From: an uncultured Acidimicrobiaceae bacterium
Lineage (GTDB): Bacteria; Actinomycetota; Acidimicrobiia; Acidimicrobiales; Bog-793
Reading direction: 5' to 3'
DNA: 64,000 nt
Assembly: GCA_963804265.1 (NCBI GenBank)
Contig: CAWDPZ010000025.1
Coordinates: 44,869-108,868 of the forward strand
The notes beneath the pieces were generated by a model, which did no database searches, had not been told where the DNA came from, and worked only from the letters and a program-made list of their open reading frames with translations. Both the position numbers and the translations under genes were made by a program. Below, one piece after another: positions 1-10,944 of the stretch (its first letter is position 1; the number at the start of each line of letters is the position of its first letter).

Positions 1-70
1 CCGCCGCCCAGGCCGCGCCCCCGTGGCGGTGCAGCCTCGCGCAGACCGAGTCCCCCTCCCCTTCGGACAT
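1..70 (-). CDS. Possible 5' end of a gene running off the left edge
   Basis: ATG at 70-68 and an open frame to the edge. Directly preceded by the operator-like motif at 80-94 and TTGACG at 106-101. Confidence 0.3.
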   Translation of the reverse strand, partial: MSEGEGDSVCARLHRHGGAAWAA

Positions 71-79
71 GAGATGCAC

Positions 80-94
80 TACATCAGATACCAG
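80..94. promoter_or_regulatory. Candidate GntR operator, copy 1
   Basis: TACATCAGATACCAG, identical to 12379-12393. AT-rich intergenic island. Confidence 0.6.
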
Positions 95-95
95 T

Positions 96-833
96 TCAGC
101 CGTCAAGGCTCTCACCACGCTCTTCGAGCATCCTGAGCTGGTCCTCCCTGACACTGGCAATGTGCTTGCCGAGCGCGGCGGCGGCCGCGTCCGGGTCACG
201 CCGGCGGAGGGCCTCCGCGATGAGGGCGTGCTCGTCGACGGAGGTCTCGAGGCGTCCCGGGATCTCGGCCGTCAGCCGGCCGATCCGGGTCAGATGGGCG
301 CGGAGGTTGTCGACGAGGGCGGCGACCCGGCGGTTGGTCACCTGGGCGAACAGGAAGTTGTCGAACTCGTCGATCGGCTCCTCCAGGGCGTCCGTCCTAC
401 CCTCGGCCCTCAGCCGCTCGCCTGCGGCGACGATGTCGTCCAGGTGGGCGAGCGCTTCGACGTCCATCGAGATCGCGGCCTCGCGTACCGCCCATATCTC
501 GAGGAGCTCTCGTAGCTCGTAGAGCTCGACCAGATCGCGGCGGGTGTAGCTCGACACGACGGCACCCTTGAACGAGGTCGACTCGGCGAGGCCCTCTAGC
601 TCGAGGCGGGTCAGGGCCTCGCGCACCGGCGTCTTGCTCACGCCGAGCGACTCGGCGATGGTCGCCTCCCGCAGGGGCTCGCCCGGCGGCAGGCGCAGGT
701 CGATTATGGCCGCCTTGAGCTCCTCGAAGACCCAGTCGGTGATCTTGGCCCGGTCGTGGCGGGTCGAGAAGGCCGACTCGACGGCGCTGGTCCTCGGCGC
801 CCGCTCAATGCGTCTTTCGGCGGCGTCTGTCAC
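96..833 (-). CDS. GntR family regulator (FadR/FCD type)
   Basis: wHTH PPGEPLRE..IAESLGVSKTPVREAL; FCD domain ELYELRELLE...EHALIAEALRRRD. Confidence 0.93.
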   Translation of the reverse strand: MTDAAERRIERAPRTSAVESAFSTRHDRAKITDWVFEELKAAIIDLRLPPGEPLREATIAESLGVSKTPVREALTRLELEGLAESTSFKGAVVSSYTRRDLVELYELRELLEIWAVREAAISMDVEALAHLDDIVAAGERLRAEGRTDALEEPIDEFDNFLFAQVTNRRVAALVDNLRAHLTRIGRLTAEIPGRLETSVDEHALIAEALRRRDPDAAAAALGKHIASVREDQLRMLEERGESLDG

Positions 834-1387
834 GCACGTGCCTCCCTGTCATCTTCGACCGGCCTGTCATCCTCGACCGGCCTGTCATCCTCGACCGGCC
901 TGTCATCTTCGACCGGCCTGTCATCTTCGACCGGCCCGTTCTTTCCGACCTGCCCGTTCTTCCCGACCTGCCTGTTGGTCTCGACCAGCTCCACCAGCAA
1001 CCCTCCGCAGGCGGCGGGATGGACGAAGGCGATGCGGGTACCGCCTCCCCCCCGGCGCGGGGCCTCGTCGACCATCCTCGTCCCCAGGCGTCTCAGCTCG
1101 GCGAAGGCCACGTCGATGTCCTCCACCTCGAAGGCGACGTGGTGCAGGGCCGGTCCGCGTCGATCGACGAAGCGGTCGACGAGCCCGGGGCCGGTGGCCT
1201 CGAGCGTCTGTACGAAGGACCCGCCCACGGGGAACATCCGCTCGAGGAAACCGGAGGCCTCCTCGGTCATGTCACATCGGAGGCCGAAGAGCGACTCGAG
1301 GCCCTCGATCACCTCCTGGCCCCTGTGGGCGAAGGCGACATGGTGGATGCCAAGGACCGTGCAGCCGGGGCGACTTGTCGCGCTCAT
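830..1387 (-). CDS. VOC family protein, methylmalonyl-CoA epimerase-like
   Basis: IHHVAFA, GPALHHVAFEVEDID, RIAFVHP..GGLLVELVE. Start at MSATS (ATGA overlap). Confidence 0.85.
   Translation of the reverse strand: MSATSRPGCTVLGIHHVAFAHRGQEVIEGLESLFGLRCDMTEEASGFLERMFPVGGSFVQTLEATGPGLVDRFVDRRGPALHHVAFEVEDIDVAFAELRRLGTRMVDEAPRRGGGGTRIAFVHPAACGGLLVELVETNRQVGKNGQVGKNGPVEDDRPVEDDRPVEDDRPVEDDRPVEDDREARA
845..988. repeat. 18-bp tandem repeat, 5 near-identical plus 3 degenerate units
   Basis: CCTGTCATCYTCGACCGG x5 at 845-934, then CCCGTTCTTYCCGACCTG x2 and one more degenerate unit. Encodes the (PVEDDR)5 tail of the VOC protein. Confidence 0.95.
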
Positions 1388-2404
1388 CCTCCGGTCACCT
1401 CCCGCCAGCACCGGGCGAAGTTCCGCACGGTCTCCATCCTCCGATCGCCGAGAGGGAACACGTTGACCGAGTCCGCACCCGCGCCGAGCACCTCCTCGAT
1501 CCGCGCCCGGGCGTCGGAGAGGTCGCCCGCGAGGGCGACCTTGCGGACGAAGTCGTCGGGCAGGAGGGCCGCCGCGCTCGCCGCCTCTTGGAACTCGCCC
1601 CCGCCGTAGACGAGGCGGACCTGCTCGACGAGATCATCGTCAAGGCCCGCCAGCCGGCAGATGACCGGTGCCGTCTGGGGGAACCAGGCGGCGATCGAGC
1701 GCGCCCGCTCCAGGGCGAGTGCCCGGTCGTCGTCGATGGCGCCGTAGGCGAAGACGGCGACATGTGGCCGCGATCCGCTCTGGGCGCCGGGCGTCCCGGC
1801 GCCGGCGCGGACGCCCGCGTCGATGGAATCGAGCGCCCACCGCAGGGCCTCGGGGAACAAGCCGACGAGGAGGATCACGCCGTCGGCGAGGCGGCCGGCG
1901 AGCTCGAGGGTGCGCGGGCCGCTCGCGGAGACGTAGACGGGGATGTCGCGGCGTGCCTCGAAGCGCATGTGCGCCTCGTGGAGCGAGAACGAACCGGCCT
2001 CGAGGTCGACCTCGCCGCCCGACCACAGGGCGCGCACGGCCGTTATGGCGGCCTCGAGGTCGGCGAGAGGGCTGGGCCGCAGGCCGAGGGCGAGGAGAGG
2101 GCGGTCTCCGGCGCCGATGCCGAGGACCGCACGGCCGCCGGAGATCTCGTCCAGTGTTCGCGACGGCACTCGCCGTGATCGCCGGATGCCGGGTGAGCGG
2201 GTTCGTGACGGCTGTCCCGAGCGTGAGCCGGCTCGAGCTCAAGGCGGCGAGGGTCATGTAGGCGTAGCAGTTGCGGGCGTGGAGGGAGGAGTCGGTGAGC
2301 CAGAGGTTGTCGAAGCCGAGGTCTTCTATCTCGCGCGTCATGGCGGTGAAGGTGACCGGGTCGTCGACGGGCTGGAGGGCGACTCCCGACCGTGGTGCGC
2401 TCAT
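1384..2404 (-). CDS. LLM-class oxidoreductase, Mer-like (probably F420-dependent); frameshift near 2160
   Basis: WLTDSSLHARN..LGTAVTNPLTRHPAITASA joins LDEISGGRAVLGIGAGD..SASGPRTLELAGRLADGVIL in another frame. Confidence 0.85.
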
Positions 2405-3548
2405 CGCTGTCCGCCTTGCGCCGGGCCGCGGGTCTTGTCGTAACGCTCGACCGTGTCGGCGAGAACCGCGATGCCGTCGGCTATCGGTCCGAGGTCTATC
2501 CACTCCTCCGGCGTGTGCTCGCCCGCCCCCGTCGTCACTCCGAGGGCGAGGGCGGCCAGGCCCGCCGCGTGCGCGGCGTTGGCGTCGGTGCTCGTCGCGA
2601 CCTCCCGCCAGGCGACGCCCCGCGCCGCGAGCGCGTCCGCGCCGCGCTCAAAAGAGGGTGGCCCGGTTCGATGCGGCCGCCGGGGCGGCGCCCGATCTCG
2701 GAGAGCTCGACGCTGAGGCCGCCCGCACGCGGCGTGTCGAGCACGGCGCGTGCGGCCGACTCGAGCGACACCAACGTGGCCTCGTCGGCTCCCCGGAGGT
2801 CGAGGTCGAACTGCGCCCTTCGGGCACGGGCGTTGATCGACTCGCCACCTTCGAACGTGCCGACGTTCAGCGACGACGCGCCCGCCACCGTCGCGATGCC
2901 CGAGAGGGCTTCGACGATGCGGGCGGCTTCGTGCACGGCGCTCGGCGCACCGGACTGCTCCCATGCGTGGCCGCCGGGCCCGGTGACAAGGACGCGCCAC
3001 CGCCGCGACCCGACGCCGGTCGTTCCGATCTTGCCGAGATAGTTGCCCTCCACGGCGATGAGGGCGCCGAGCTCGGCCGGCGGGCAGGCGACCGCGTGGC
3101 GCGCCCCGGCGAGGTTCCCGAGCCCCTCCTCACAGACCGTGGCCAGAATGAGGACCGGGCTCGTCCCTGGCGCGCGCTCGAGGAGGCGGCCGACAGCCGC
3201 GAGAGCGGCGACGGCCACGCCGTTGTCGCCGACGCCGGGACCGAAGAGCCTGTCGCCCGCACGCCTGACCGCGTGGTCGGTCTCGGTGCCGAACACGGTG
3301 TCGAGATGGGCGGCGAGGACGACGGCGGGGCCGGTCCCGCTCCGCACCGTCGCCCAGCAATTCCCCGCCTTGTCGATCGACACGTCGCCGAAGCCGTCTC
3401 CGGACCACCAGCCGGCCACGAGTGCGGCACGCTCGTGCTCCTCGCCTGTCGGCGCCGGCACGCTCGAGACGCGGATGGTGCGCTCGACGACCTCCGCCGC
3501 GAGGTCGTCGAGGTCGAGATCGCGCCGTGGTGTCGAGTCGGCCGTCAC
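2401..3548 (-). CDS. M20/M25/M40 family metallo-hydrolase; frameshift near 2650
   Basis: AHLDTVF, GPGVGDN, VCEEGLG, GPGGHAW; C-terminal STDAN..EHTPEEW in the shifted frame. Confidence 0.85.
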
Positions 3549-4741
3549 GCCGTCACCGCCGTCCCCTCGAGCACGAGGTCGGCGATCTCGTGCTCGGAAA
3601 GGCCCAGCTCGCCGAGGACCGCCGCCGTGTCGGCGCCGAGGACGGGCGCGGCCTTCCCGTATCCGAGCGGCGCCCGGTCGATCCGAAGCGGTGGCGCGAC
3701 GGCGACCGAGTCGCCGGCACGCACGTGTTGCAGGTGCTCGACCGAGCCCAGCGCCGCGACCTGGTCGCCGGCGAGGACCTGTCGGATGTCGCGCACCTCC
3801 GCCGCGGGCACGCCGGCGTCCGCGAGCACCCCGAGCCAGTGGGCGGAGGGCTGCAGCACGAGCACCGCCTCGAGCGCCGCGGTGAGCTCGTCCCGGTGGG
3901 CGACCCGGAGGCCGTTGTCGGAGAAGCGCTCGTCAGCGACGAGGCCGTCCACGCCGAGCACCTCGCAGGCCCGGCGCCACAGCTCTTCTGATCCCGCTCC
4001 CGCCATGACGATCCAGCCGTCTGCGGTGCGAAAGCCCCCGTAGGGGGCGAAAGTGGGCGAGTGCGTGCCCAAGAGCCCAGGCACCTGTCCGGAGGCGAGA
4101 TAACCGGCGGCGACCGTGCCGAGGCCCGCCAGGGCGAACTCGAGCAGCGACGTCGACACCAGGCGACCGTGTCCGGTCGAGAGGCGCTCGACGTGCGCGG
4201 CGACGAGGCCGAGGGCGCAGGCGAGACCGGCACCGACGTCCAAGAGGGGAGCGCCCACCTTCACAGGGCCTGACTCGGGCGAGCCGGTGATGCTCATGAG
4301 GCCGGACTCGGCTTGCAGGACGAGGTCGAAACCGCCCTTTTCGGCCTCCGGCCCGACGTCTCCATAGCCCGAGATCGAGCCCATGATCAAAGCGGGGTAG
4401 CGCTCGTGGAGCGAGGACCAGTCGAGCCCGTGACGGGCGAGGCTCCCGGGCCGGGCGTTCTCGACGAAGAAGTCGGCGCGGGCGATGAGGCGCTCGAGCA
4501 TCTCGCGCCCGGTCTGGGTGCGGAACTCGAGAGCCACGCTGCGCTTGCCGGCGTTGAGCGACATGAAGAGCACCGACTCGCCGTTCACCCACTCCGTGCC
4601 CTGCCGGCGGTAGGGGTCGCCGCCGGGCGGCTCGATCTTCACGACGTCGGCCCCGAGGGCCGCGAGCAGGCTCGTCGCGTACGAGCCGGCGACGAAGCGG
4701 GTGAGGTCGACGACGACGAGACCCTCGAGCGGCCCGCTCAC
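3545..4741 (-). CDS. CaiB/BaiF family III CoA-transferase
   Basis: [57 protein letters not shown] overlaps the mutase stop. Confidence 0.92.
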   Translation of the reverse strand: MSGPLEGLVVVDLTRFVAGSYATSLLAALGADVVKIEPPGGDPYRRQGTEWVNGESVLFMSLNAGKRSVALEFRTQTGREMLERLIARADFFVENARPGSLARHGLDWSSLHERYPALIMGSISGYGDVGPEAEKGGFDLVLQAESGLMSITGSPESGPVKVGAPLLDVGAGLACALGLVAAHVERLSTGHGRLVSTSLLEFALAGLGTVAAGYLASGQVPGLLGTHSPTFAPYGGFRTADGWIVMAGAGSEELWRRACEVLGVDGLVADERFSDNGLRVAHRDELTAALEAVLVLQPSAHWLGVLADAGVPAAEVRDIRQVLAGDQVAALGSVEHLQHVRAGDSVAVAPPLRIDRAPLGYGKAAPVLGADTAAVLGELGLSEHEIADLVLEGTAVTA

Positions 4742-6368
4742 CACAGACCCGGCTCCTTGAACTCGCCGAACTCGTGCCGCAGCACGTCGGACATCTCGCC
4801 GAGGGTCGCGCAAGCCCGGGAAGCCTCGATCAGGGCGGGCATCACGTTGCGGCCCTGTCGGAGGTCCCGGGCCAAAGTGTCGAGAGTCGCCGCCACCTGC
4901 GCCCGGTCGCGGGCTCTGCCTGTGGGTCTCGAGGTGGCGGATCTGGCGGGCGCCGATGTCGGGGTCCAACCGGAATAGGCGGAGATCGGAACGGTCGCTG
5001 TCGTCCTCGTAGATGTTCACGCCCACCTTCGGGCGGACACCCGAGCAGATCTCACGCTCGATCCGGTAGGCGGACTCGGCGATCCACGCCTGCGGGATGC
5101 CGGCCTCGAGCGCGGCGACAGCGCCGCCCGCCTCCTCGACCGCCGCCATCACCTCGCGGGCGCGGCGTTCGAGCTCGTCGGTCAGCCACTCAACGTAGAA
5201 GGAGCCGGCGAGAGGGTCCGCCGTGCGGGCGACGCCGCTCTCGAAGGCGATGATCTGCTGGGTGCGCAGCGCCAGGGTCACCGCCTCCTCGCTCGGCAGC
5301 TCGTAGGCCTCGTCGTAGCCCATGACGTGAATCGACTGGGCACCGCCCAGCACGGCGCCGAGGCACTGGATCGTCGAGCGCACGACGTTGTTGTACGGCT
5401 GCTGGGCCGTGAGGGTCGCGCCCGAGTTGCCGGAGAAGAAACGCAGTCTCGCGGACGCCGGGTCCTTGGCGCCGAACCGCTCGGTGGCGATCGAGTGCCA
5501 GAGCCGCCGGGCGGCACGGAGCTTGGCCACCTCCTCGAACAGCTCGAGGGTCGTGGCGAAGTGGAACGAGAGCCGTGGCGCGAAGGCGTCGAAGTCGAGC
5601 CCGCGTCCTACGAGCTCTGCGGCGTAGGCGACGGCGTCGGCCATGGTGAGGCCGAGCTCCTGCACGGCGTCGCAGCCGGCTTCGCGGGCGTGGTAGCCGG
5701 TGATCGAGATCGGGTTGAAGCGCGGAAGTTCTCCGAGGCGAACTCGACGACGTCGGCGGCCATCCGCATCGACGGCGCCGGCGGGTAGACGAACAGCTTG
5801 CGGGACAGGAACTCTTTCAAGATGTCGTTCTGCAGCGTTCCCGAAAGCTGCGCGTAGGGGACATGCTGGCGTTCGGCTGCCACGAGGTACATGGCGAGGA
5901 TGATCGGCGCCGTGGCGTTGATGGTGAAGTTGACCGACACCTCGCCGAGCGGCAGGGACTCGAAGAGCCTCTCCATGTCGGCGCGGTGTCGATGGCGACG
6001 CCGACGCGGCCCACCTCGGGCCGTGCCAGCTCGTGGTCCGAGTCGTAACCGAGCTGTGTGGGCAGGTCGAAGGCGACCGAAAGGGCCGTCTGGCCCTGTC
6101 GCAGGAGGAATTTGAACCGCTCGTTCGTCTCCTCGGACGAGCCGTAGCCGGCGAACTGGCGCATCGTCCAGAGCTGGCCCCGGTACATCGACCGGTACGG
6201 GCCCCGCGTGAAGGGCGCCTCGCCTGGAAGCCCCAGGCGCCCGTCGAGGGCAGCGGCTCCGCCGGGGAGATCCTCCGAGGTGTACACGGGTCGGACCTCG
6301 ATCGACGAGTCGGTGCGCGTGCCCTCGAGCCGGGCTGTGGCCTCGTCATAGGCGAGCCGGTTGCTCAT
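4738..6368 (-). CDS. B12-dependent acyl-CoA mutase large (substrate-binding) subunit; about 3 frameshifts
   Basis: [85 protein letters not shown]; ends GEFKEPGLW*. Confidence 0.92.
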
Positions 6369-6787
6369 GACATCCCCGCCGGCTCCGAGGCGACCATCTC
6401 GATGCGGGCCACGACCTCGTCGAGCCCGGACCCCACGGGCAGGACGTCCGCGACTCCCATGGCTTTCAGGAGCTGCGCATCGGTCTCGGGAATGGTCCCG
6501 CCGACCACGACCGCGGCCCGCGCCCCGACAGCGCGCATCGCCCCGAGCAGCTCTCCGGCGAGCTCCATGTGGGCCCCCGAGAGCACCGAGATGCCCACGA
6601 CGTCGGCGTCTTCTTCCACCGCCGCCGCGGCGATCTCCGCCGGGGTGCAGCGCAGGCCGAGATAGACGACCTCGACACCCGCGTCGCGAAGCGCCATGGC
6701 GATCACCTTGACTCCCCGGTCGTGACCGTCCAGGCCCGGCTTGGCCAGGATCACCCGGCGCGCTCGTCGTGGCGGGTGATCGTTCAT
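6365..6787 (-). CDS. Cobalamin-binding small subunit of the acyl-CoA mutase
   Basis: Base-off DxHxxG motif in [25 protein letters not shown]. Confidence 0.95.
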   Translation of the reverse strand: MNDHPPRRARRVILAKPGLDGHDRGVKVIAMALRDAGVEVVYLGLRCTPAEIAAAAVEEDADVVGISVLSGAHMELAGELLGAMRAVGARAAVVVGGTIPETDAQLLKAMGVADVLPVGSGLDEVVARIEMVASEPAGMS

Positions 6788-7985
6788 TTCGCCATTGCCA
6801 AGGCGGCGAAGGCGGCGTAGACCTTCGTCGCCTCGTGGATGTCCTCGACCGAGAGATGCTCGTCGGCGCAGTAGACCGGCGGGCCCCCGGGCCCGAAGAT
6901 GACGGTCGGAACCTTGGCTCCGAAGCTGGCCGTGTCGCCCAGCCAGTCCTCGGTCACGAGGGCCGGCTCGCCGTCGCGCACGAGGCGGACGGCGTCGAGC
7001 ATGAGCGAGACGATCTCCGAGCCCGGGTCCGCGAGGTAGCCGGCCTTGACATCGGCGAGGGCGACATCGGCCTGGAAGCGCTCGTCACGCCGGCGGGCGT
7101 CCTCGAGGCAGCGGTCGATCTCAGCTCGCACCTCGTCGGTCGTCACCCCCGGCTGCGGGCGGCAGTCGACTCTGATGACGCACTCGTCGGGGATCATCGA
7201 CGGGCCTCCGGGGGCCAGGCCGCCGAAGATGCGGCCTGGCACGACGAAGGTCTCCGGCCCGAAGAGCCGAAGCACCTCGGGCTCGAGCGCCGGCTCGTAG
7301 CGCGAGGCGTCGAGAGCGAGCACGGCTTGTGCGGCGAGCACGTTGGCGTTCACGGCGTCGTGCTTGTGGCAGGTGTGAGCGGACCGTCCCCGCACGGTGA
7401 CGTCGAAGTAGCAGCGGCCGCGGTGGCCGAGGCAGACCTCGTTGTCGGTGAGCTCGCCGAGCACGCACAAGTCGGCCTCGTGCTCGGCGAAATAGGCGAT
7501 GGAGCCCATCTGGTCGCCCATGTGGTCGCAGACGGCGGCCATGGCGAGGGTGCCGGAGACCGGGATGTCCGCGGCGCGCACGGCCTCCATGGCCACGATC
7601 TGGCAGACGAGGGCCGCCTTCATGTCCATCACGCCGTGCCCGTAGACAGCGCCGCCGATCAGATCGCCGGAGAAGGGCGTGCTGAGCTTCCAGCCGTGGG
7701 AGACCGGTTTGGTGTCGAGATGGCCGGTGAGCACGACGCGCGGACCGGCGCTGAAGCTCAGCTCGCCGACGGCGTTCGGGCGGTCCGGCAGAACCGGCTG
7801 GAGCTTGACGGCCTCGAAACCGGAGTCCTCCATGACAGACGCGAGGAATCGCGCCGAGCGCGCCCTCCTCACCGAGCACGCTCGGGATCCGGCACACCTC
7901 TTGCACCAGCTCGACCGCGCGGGCGAGATCGACCGAGGCAAGTACCGCCGCGGCGCGCTCTCGCCTGGTCCTGTTGAAGGCTCAT
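6784..7985 (-). CDS. M20 (ArgE/DapE-like) hydrolase with atypical active site; N-terminal frameshifts
   Basis: [35 protein letters not shown] at 7985 follows a GGGGGAG RBS. Confidence 0.85.
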
Positions 7986-8000
7986 CGGGCTCCCCCCACT

Positions 8001-8026
8001 TGGAATATCATATATCGCATAATCAT
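8001..8026. promoter_or_regulatory. Candidate internal promoter and degenerate GntR operator
   Basis: AT-rich island. Minus strand reads TATGCGATATATGATATT, with the same 7-bp period as the sites at 80 and 12379, and contains a TATGAT -10-like hexamer. Confidence 0.5.
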
Positions 8027-8093
8027 GACGGCGGCCAGCCTCTGACGCCCTGGCGGAGCGGCGGCAACCTCCCCGCCAGGGCGCGGACGGCTT

Positions 8094-9110
8094 TCAGCAG
8101 GCGTAAGGCAGGTACTTGTCGGTGGTAAGAGGTGCCGCGTTCGGCTTCTCGGTGATCAGCTTCTGTGACTTCATCCAGTTGCCGAAGCTCTGCCAGTTCA
8201 TCTCGCTCATGCAACCGACCTTCTGCCCGGCAGCCGGCTTGATGAGCGTCAAGGTGTAGGGGACGCTCACCTTCAAGAACTTGGTGGTGTACTGACTGGC
8301 CTTCTCCATGATCGCCGTCGCGCCGTTCGGGTTCGCGATCGCGGCGGTCGTCGCGGCGCTGAGGGCGCCGAGGAAGCTCTTGACCTCTGCCGCGTAGGCG
8401 GGGTCGGACTTGAGGCGGTTGCGGTTGGCGACGAGGACGAGCTCGGCGTAGTTCGGGACACCGAGGTCAGAGGCGGGGAAGACCGTCGGCTTCTGGCCCA
8501 TCTCCTGCGCGATCTGGATCGCCTCGACGTTGCGGTAGCCGCCGACGATGGCGTCCACCCGGCCGGAGAGGATCGACGGGATGAGGTTCTCCCCGACGGT
8601 CACGGTCGGGATCTGCTTGGCGGTCAGGTGCGTGGTGCGCAGCAGCATCTGGTAGATGGCCCCGTCGCTCGGGATGCCCGTGAGGCCGACAGACTTGCCT
8701 TTCATCTGGGAGAGCTTGGTGACGTGGTCCTTCGGAGTGACGATGAGCGAGTTGAGCGGCACCGGCACGATCGTGGAGACGGCCGTCACCGGCAGACCCT
8801 CCTGCTGTCCGTAGAACATCTCGGACTCGTAGGAGATCGCGAGGTCGACCTTGTTCAGGCCGACGAGCTTGATCGGGTCGGCGGCGTTCGACGGCGCCTG
8901 CAGGCTGACCGACAGTCCGGCCTTGGTGAAAAAGCCCTTGCTCTGGGCGTAGTAGAGCGAGACGTGGTCCGGGTTGGGGACCCAGTCGAGCTCGACCACG
9001 ACAGACTTCATGCTCGCTCTCGGGCTCGCCGTTGAGCCGGTGGCGAAGACCATCGACCCCGCCAGGGCCACGGCCATCGCCCCCATTGCCATCTTCAGTC
9101 TCAATGACAT
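8094..9110 (-). CDS. ABC substrate-binding protein, NMT1/THI5 (ThiY-like) family
   Basis: Signal peptide, then VELDWVPNPDH..YYAQSKGFF, DLAISYE, VDAIVGGYRNVE. Confidence 0.88.
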   Translation of the reverse strand: MSLRLKMAMGAMAVALAGSMVFATGSTASPRASMKSVVVELDWVPNPDHVSLYYAQSKGFFTKAGLSVSLQAPSNAADPIKLVGLNKVDLAISYESEMFYGQQEGLPVTAVSTIVPVPLNSLIVTPKDHVTKLSQMKGKSVGLTGIPSDGAIYQMLLRTTHLTAKQIPTVTVGENLIPSILSGRVDAIVGGYRNVEAIQIAQEMGQKPTVFPASDLGVPNYAELVLVANRNRLKSDPAYAAEVKSFLGALSAATTAAIANPNGATAIMEKASQYTTKFLKVSVPYTLTLIKPAAGQKVGCMSEMNWQSFGNWMKSQKLITEKPNAAPLTTDKYLPYAC

Positions 9111-9205
9111 AACAGTCCTTTCCCGTTCACTTGTCCGTTGTCTCTTGCGTGCTGGGGCGACCAGGCGGAGCCTTCCCGATCCCCCTTCCCCTCTGCGCAC
9201 CCCCC

Positions 9206-10074
9206 TTAACGCGACGTCCGCCGTTGGCTCCATGGTGCGATCAGATGCTCGGCGACCGAGACGGCACCGAACAGGACGATGGAGATCACCGTCAAGATGA
9301 AGATGGCGGCGAAGATGCGAGCCGTCTGCAGGTTCGGCGTCGCCTCCAGCATCACGTAGCCGAGGCCGGCGTTCGATCCCGCCCACTCCCCGAAGACGGC
9401 GCCGATCGACGCGAAGGTGGCGGCGATGCGCATGCCGGAGAAGATGAGCGGCAGCGCGGCCGGGAACTCGACCCGCTTGAAGATGGCCCACCGGCTGGCA
9501 TCGAGCGTGCGCATCATGCGGATGTAGTCGTCGTCCACCGAGCGCATCCCGTCCAGTCCGTTCACCACGATCGGGAAGAAGCAGATCAAGGCGACGATGA
9601 CGAGCTTCGGCACGATCCCGTAGCCGAAAAGTACGACGAGGATCGGCGCGAGCACGATGACCGGGACCGTCTGGGAGGCGATCAAAGCGGGTACAGGGCG
9701 CGACGGAGCGGCCCGAACAGGTGGAGGAACACGGCGATCCCGACACCGACGCCCGTGGCGATGGCGAAGCCGATGAGCACTTCCTTCAGGGTCGTGAGCG
9801 TTGCCGGCGCCAAGATGGCGCTCCAGTCGTCGCCGAGCGAGCGCGCCACCTCGGTCGGCACGGGCATGAGGTACTCGGGCAGTCCCGCGAGATGCACGAT
9901 GACCTGCCAGGCCACCACCATGAGGACGACGACGCCTGCTGCCGCCCCGTAGTTGGAGCCGAAGCGGCGTAGTCGCGCGAAGCGTCGCTTGACGACCAGG
10001 TCGTCGAAATCGGAGAAGTCCGGCTCGCGGTCCGCGTCGGGGGCGTCCGCAAGCTCGAGGTCCGTGGTGCTCAT
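9206..10074 (-). CDS. ABC permease (SsuC/ThiX type); frameshift near 9685
   Basis: LPEYLMPVP..TLKEVLIGF; SQTVPVIVLAP; FPAALPLIFSGMRIA; GAVFGEW. Confidence 0.88.
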
Positions 10075-10944
10075 TCGAGAGCCTCCAGTGCCAGCTCCCT
10101 GAGCTTGACGAACTCGGGGTCGGTCACGATCTCCCGGCGCGGACCCGACAGGCTCAGACGGGAGTCGACGACCCGGACGACCCGCCCTGGATGAGCCGAC
10201 AGCACCACGACGCGATCCGCGAGCAGGAGGGCTTCTTCGACGTCGTGGGTCACGAGGAGCACCGTGCGGGGGACGTCTTCCATGGCGTGGAGAAGCCACT
10301 CCTGCATCTGCGCACGCGTGATCGAGTCCAGCGCCCCGAACGGCTCGTCGAGGAGGAGGATGTCCTTTTCCGCCATCAGGGTCCGGATGAAGCTCACCCG
10401 CTGGCGCATGCCGCCGGAGAGCTGGGCCGGCCTCAGCTCCTCGAACTTGGCGAGGCCGAACCGCTCGAAGAGGGGACGGGTGCGCTCGCGGGCCTCACGC
10501 CGCCTCAAGCCCCGGTTCTCGAGGGCGATCGAGGCATTGTCGAGGGCCGTGCGCCAGGGCAGCAGGAGATCGCGCTGGGGCATCATCGCGCAGCGCGCCA
10601 AGCGGTCCTTGGCAGATGTCGCCCCGGCGACGTTCAAGGAGCCGGCGATCGGGCTCGAGCAGGCCGGCGACGATCTGCAGGAGCGTCGACTTGCCGCACC
10701 CGCTCGGGCCGAGGATTGCCACCTTCTCGTGCTGTTGGATCGTCACGTCGACGCCGCGGAGGGCCACGACCCCTCCGAAGCGCTTCGACACGCCACGGAC
10801 CGTGATCTGCGGGGCCTCGAGCGGGGTCCGCGATGGCGGCGGCCCGGCGTCGCGGACTGCAGGCGCGGCGCTGCCCGTCGTCTGGGTCATGACCGTCTCC
10901 GGCTGCGTGTCGGTTCCATCCGGCCGCTCCGATCCGAGGCTCAC
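10071..10944 (-). CDS. ABC ATP-binding protein (SsuB/ThiZ type); frameshift near 10640
   Basis: [32 protein letters not shown]. Confidence 0.9.

Noticed and set aside
845..988. CRISPR array interpretation of the tandem repeats (also 36721-36786)
   Set aside because: The units are contiguous with no spacers, and there are no cas genes.
3545..6349. 934-aa mutase/CoA-transferase fusion in the ORF track
   Set aside because: The mutase's natural end GEFKEPGLW* is present in another frame and overlaps the transferase GTG, so this is a frameshift artefact.
7986..8093. Cobalamin riboswitch near the mutase genes (also checked 12360-12485)
   Set aside because: No B12-box landmarks seen and the spacers are too short.
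8094..9746. 550-aa ORF extending the SBP upstream
   Set aside because: The extension is an off-frame reading of the permease. The SBP has its own RBS and signal peptide at 9110.
8094..10944. Calling this importer a thiamine-salvage ThiXYZ system
   Set aside because: No TPP riboswitch or tenA/thiD nearby and it sits in a GntR catabolic context, so only the family-level call is kept.
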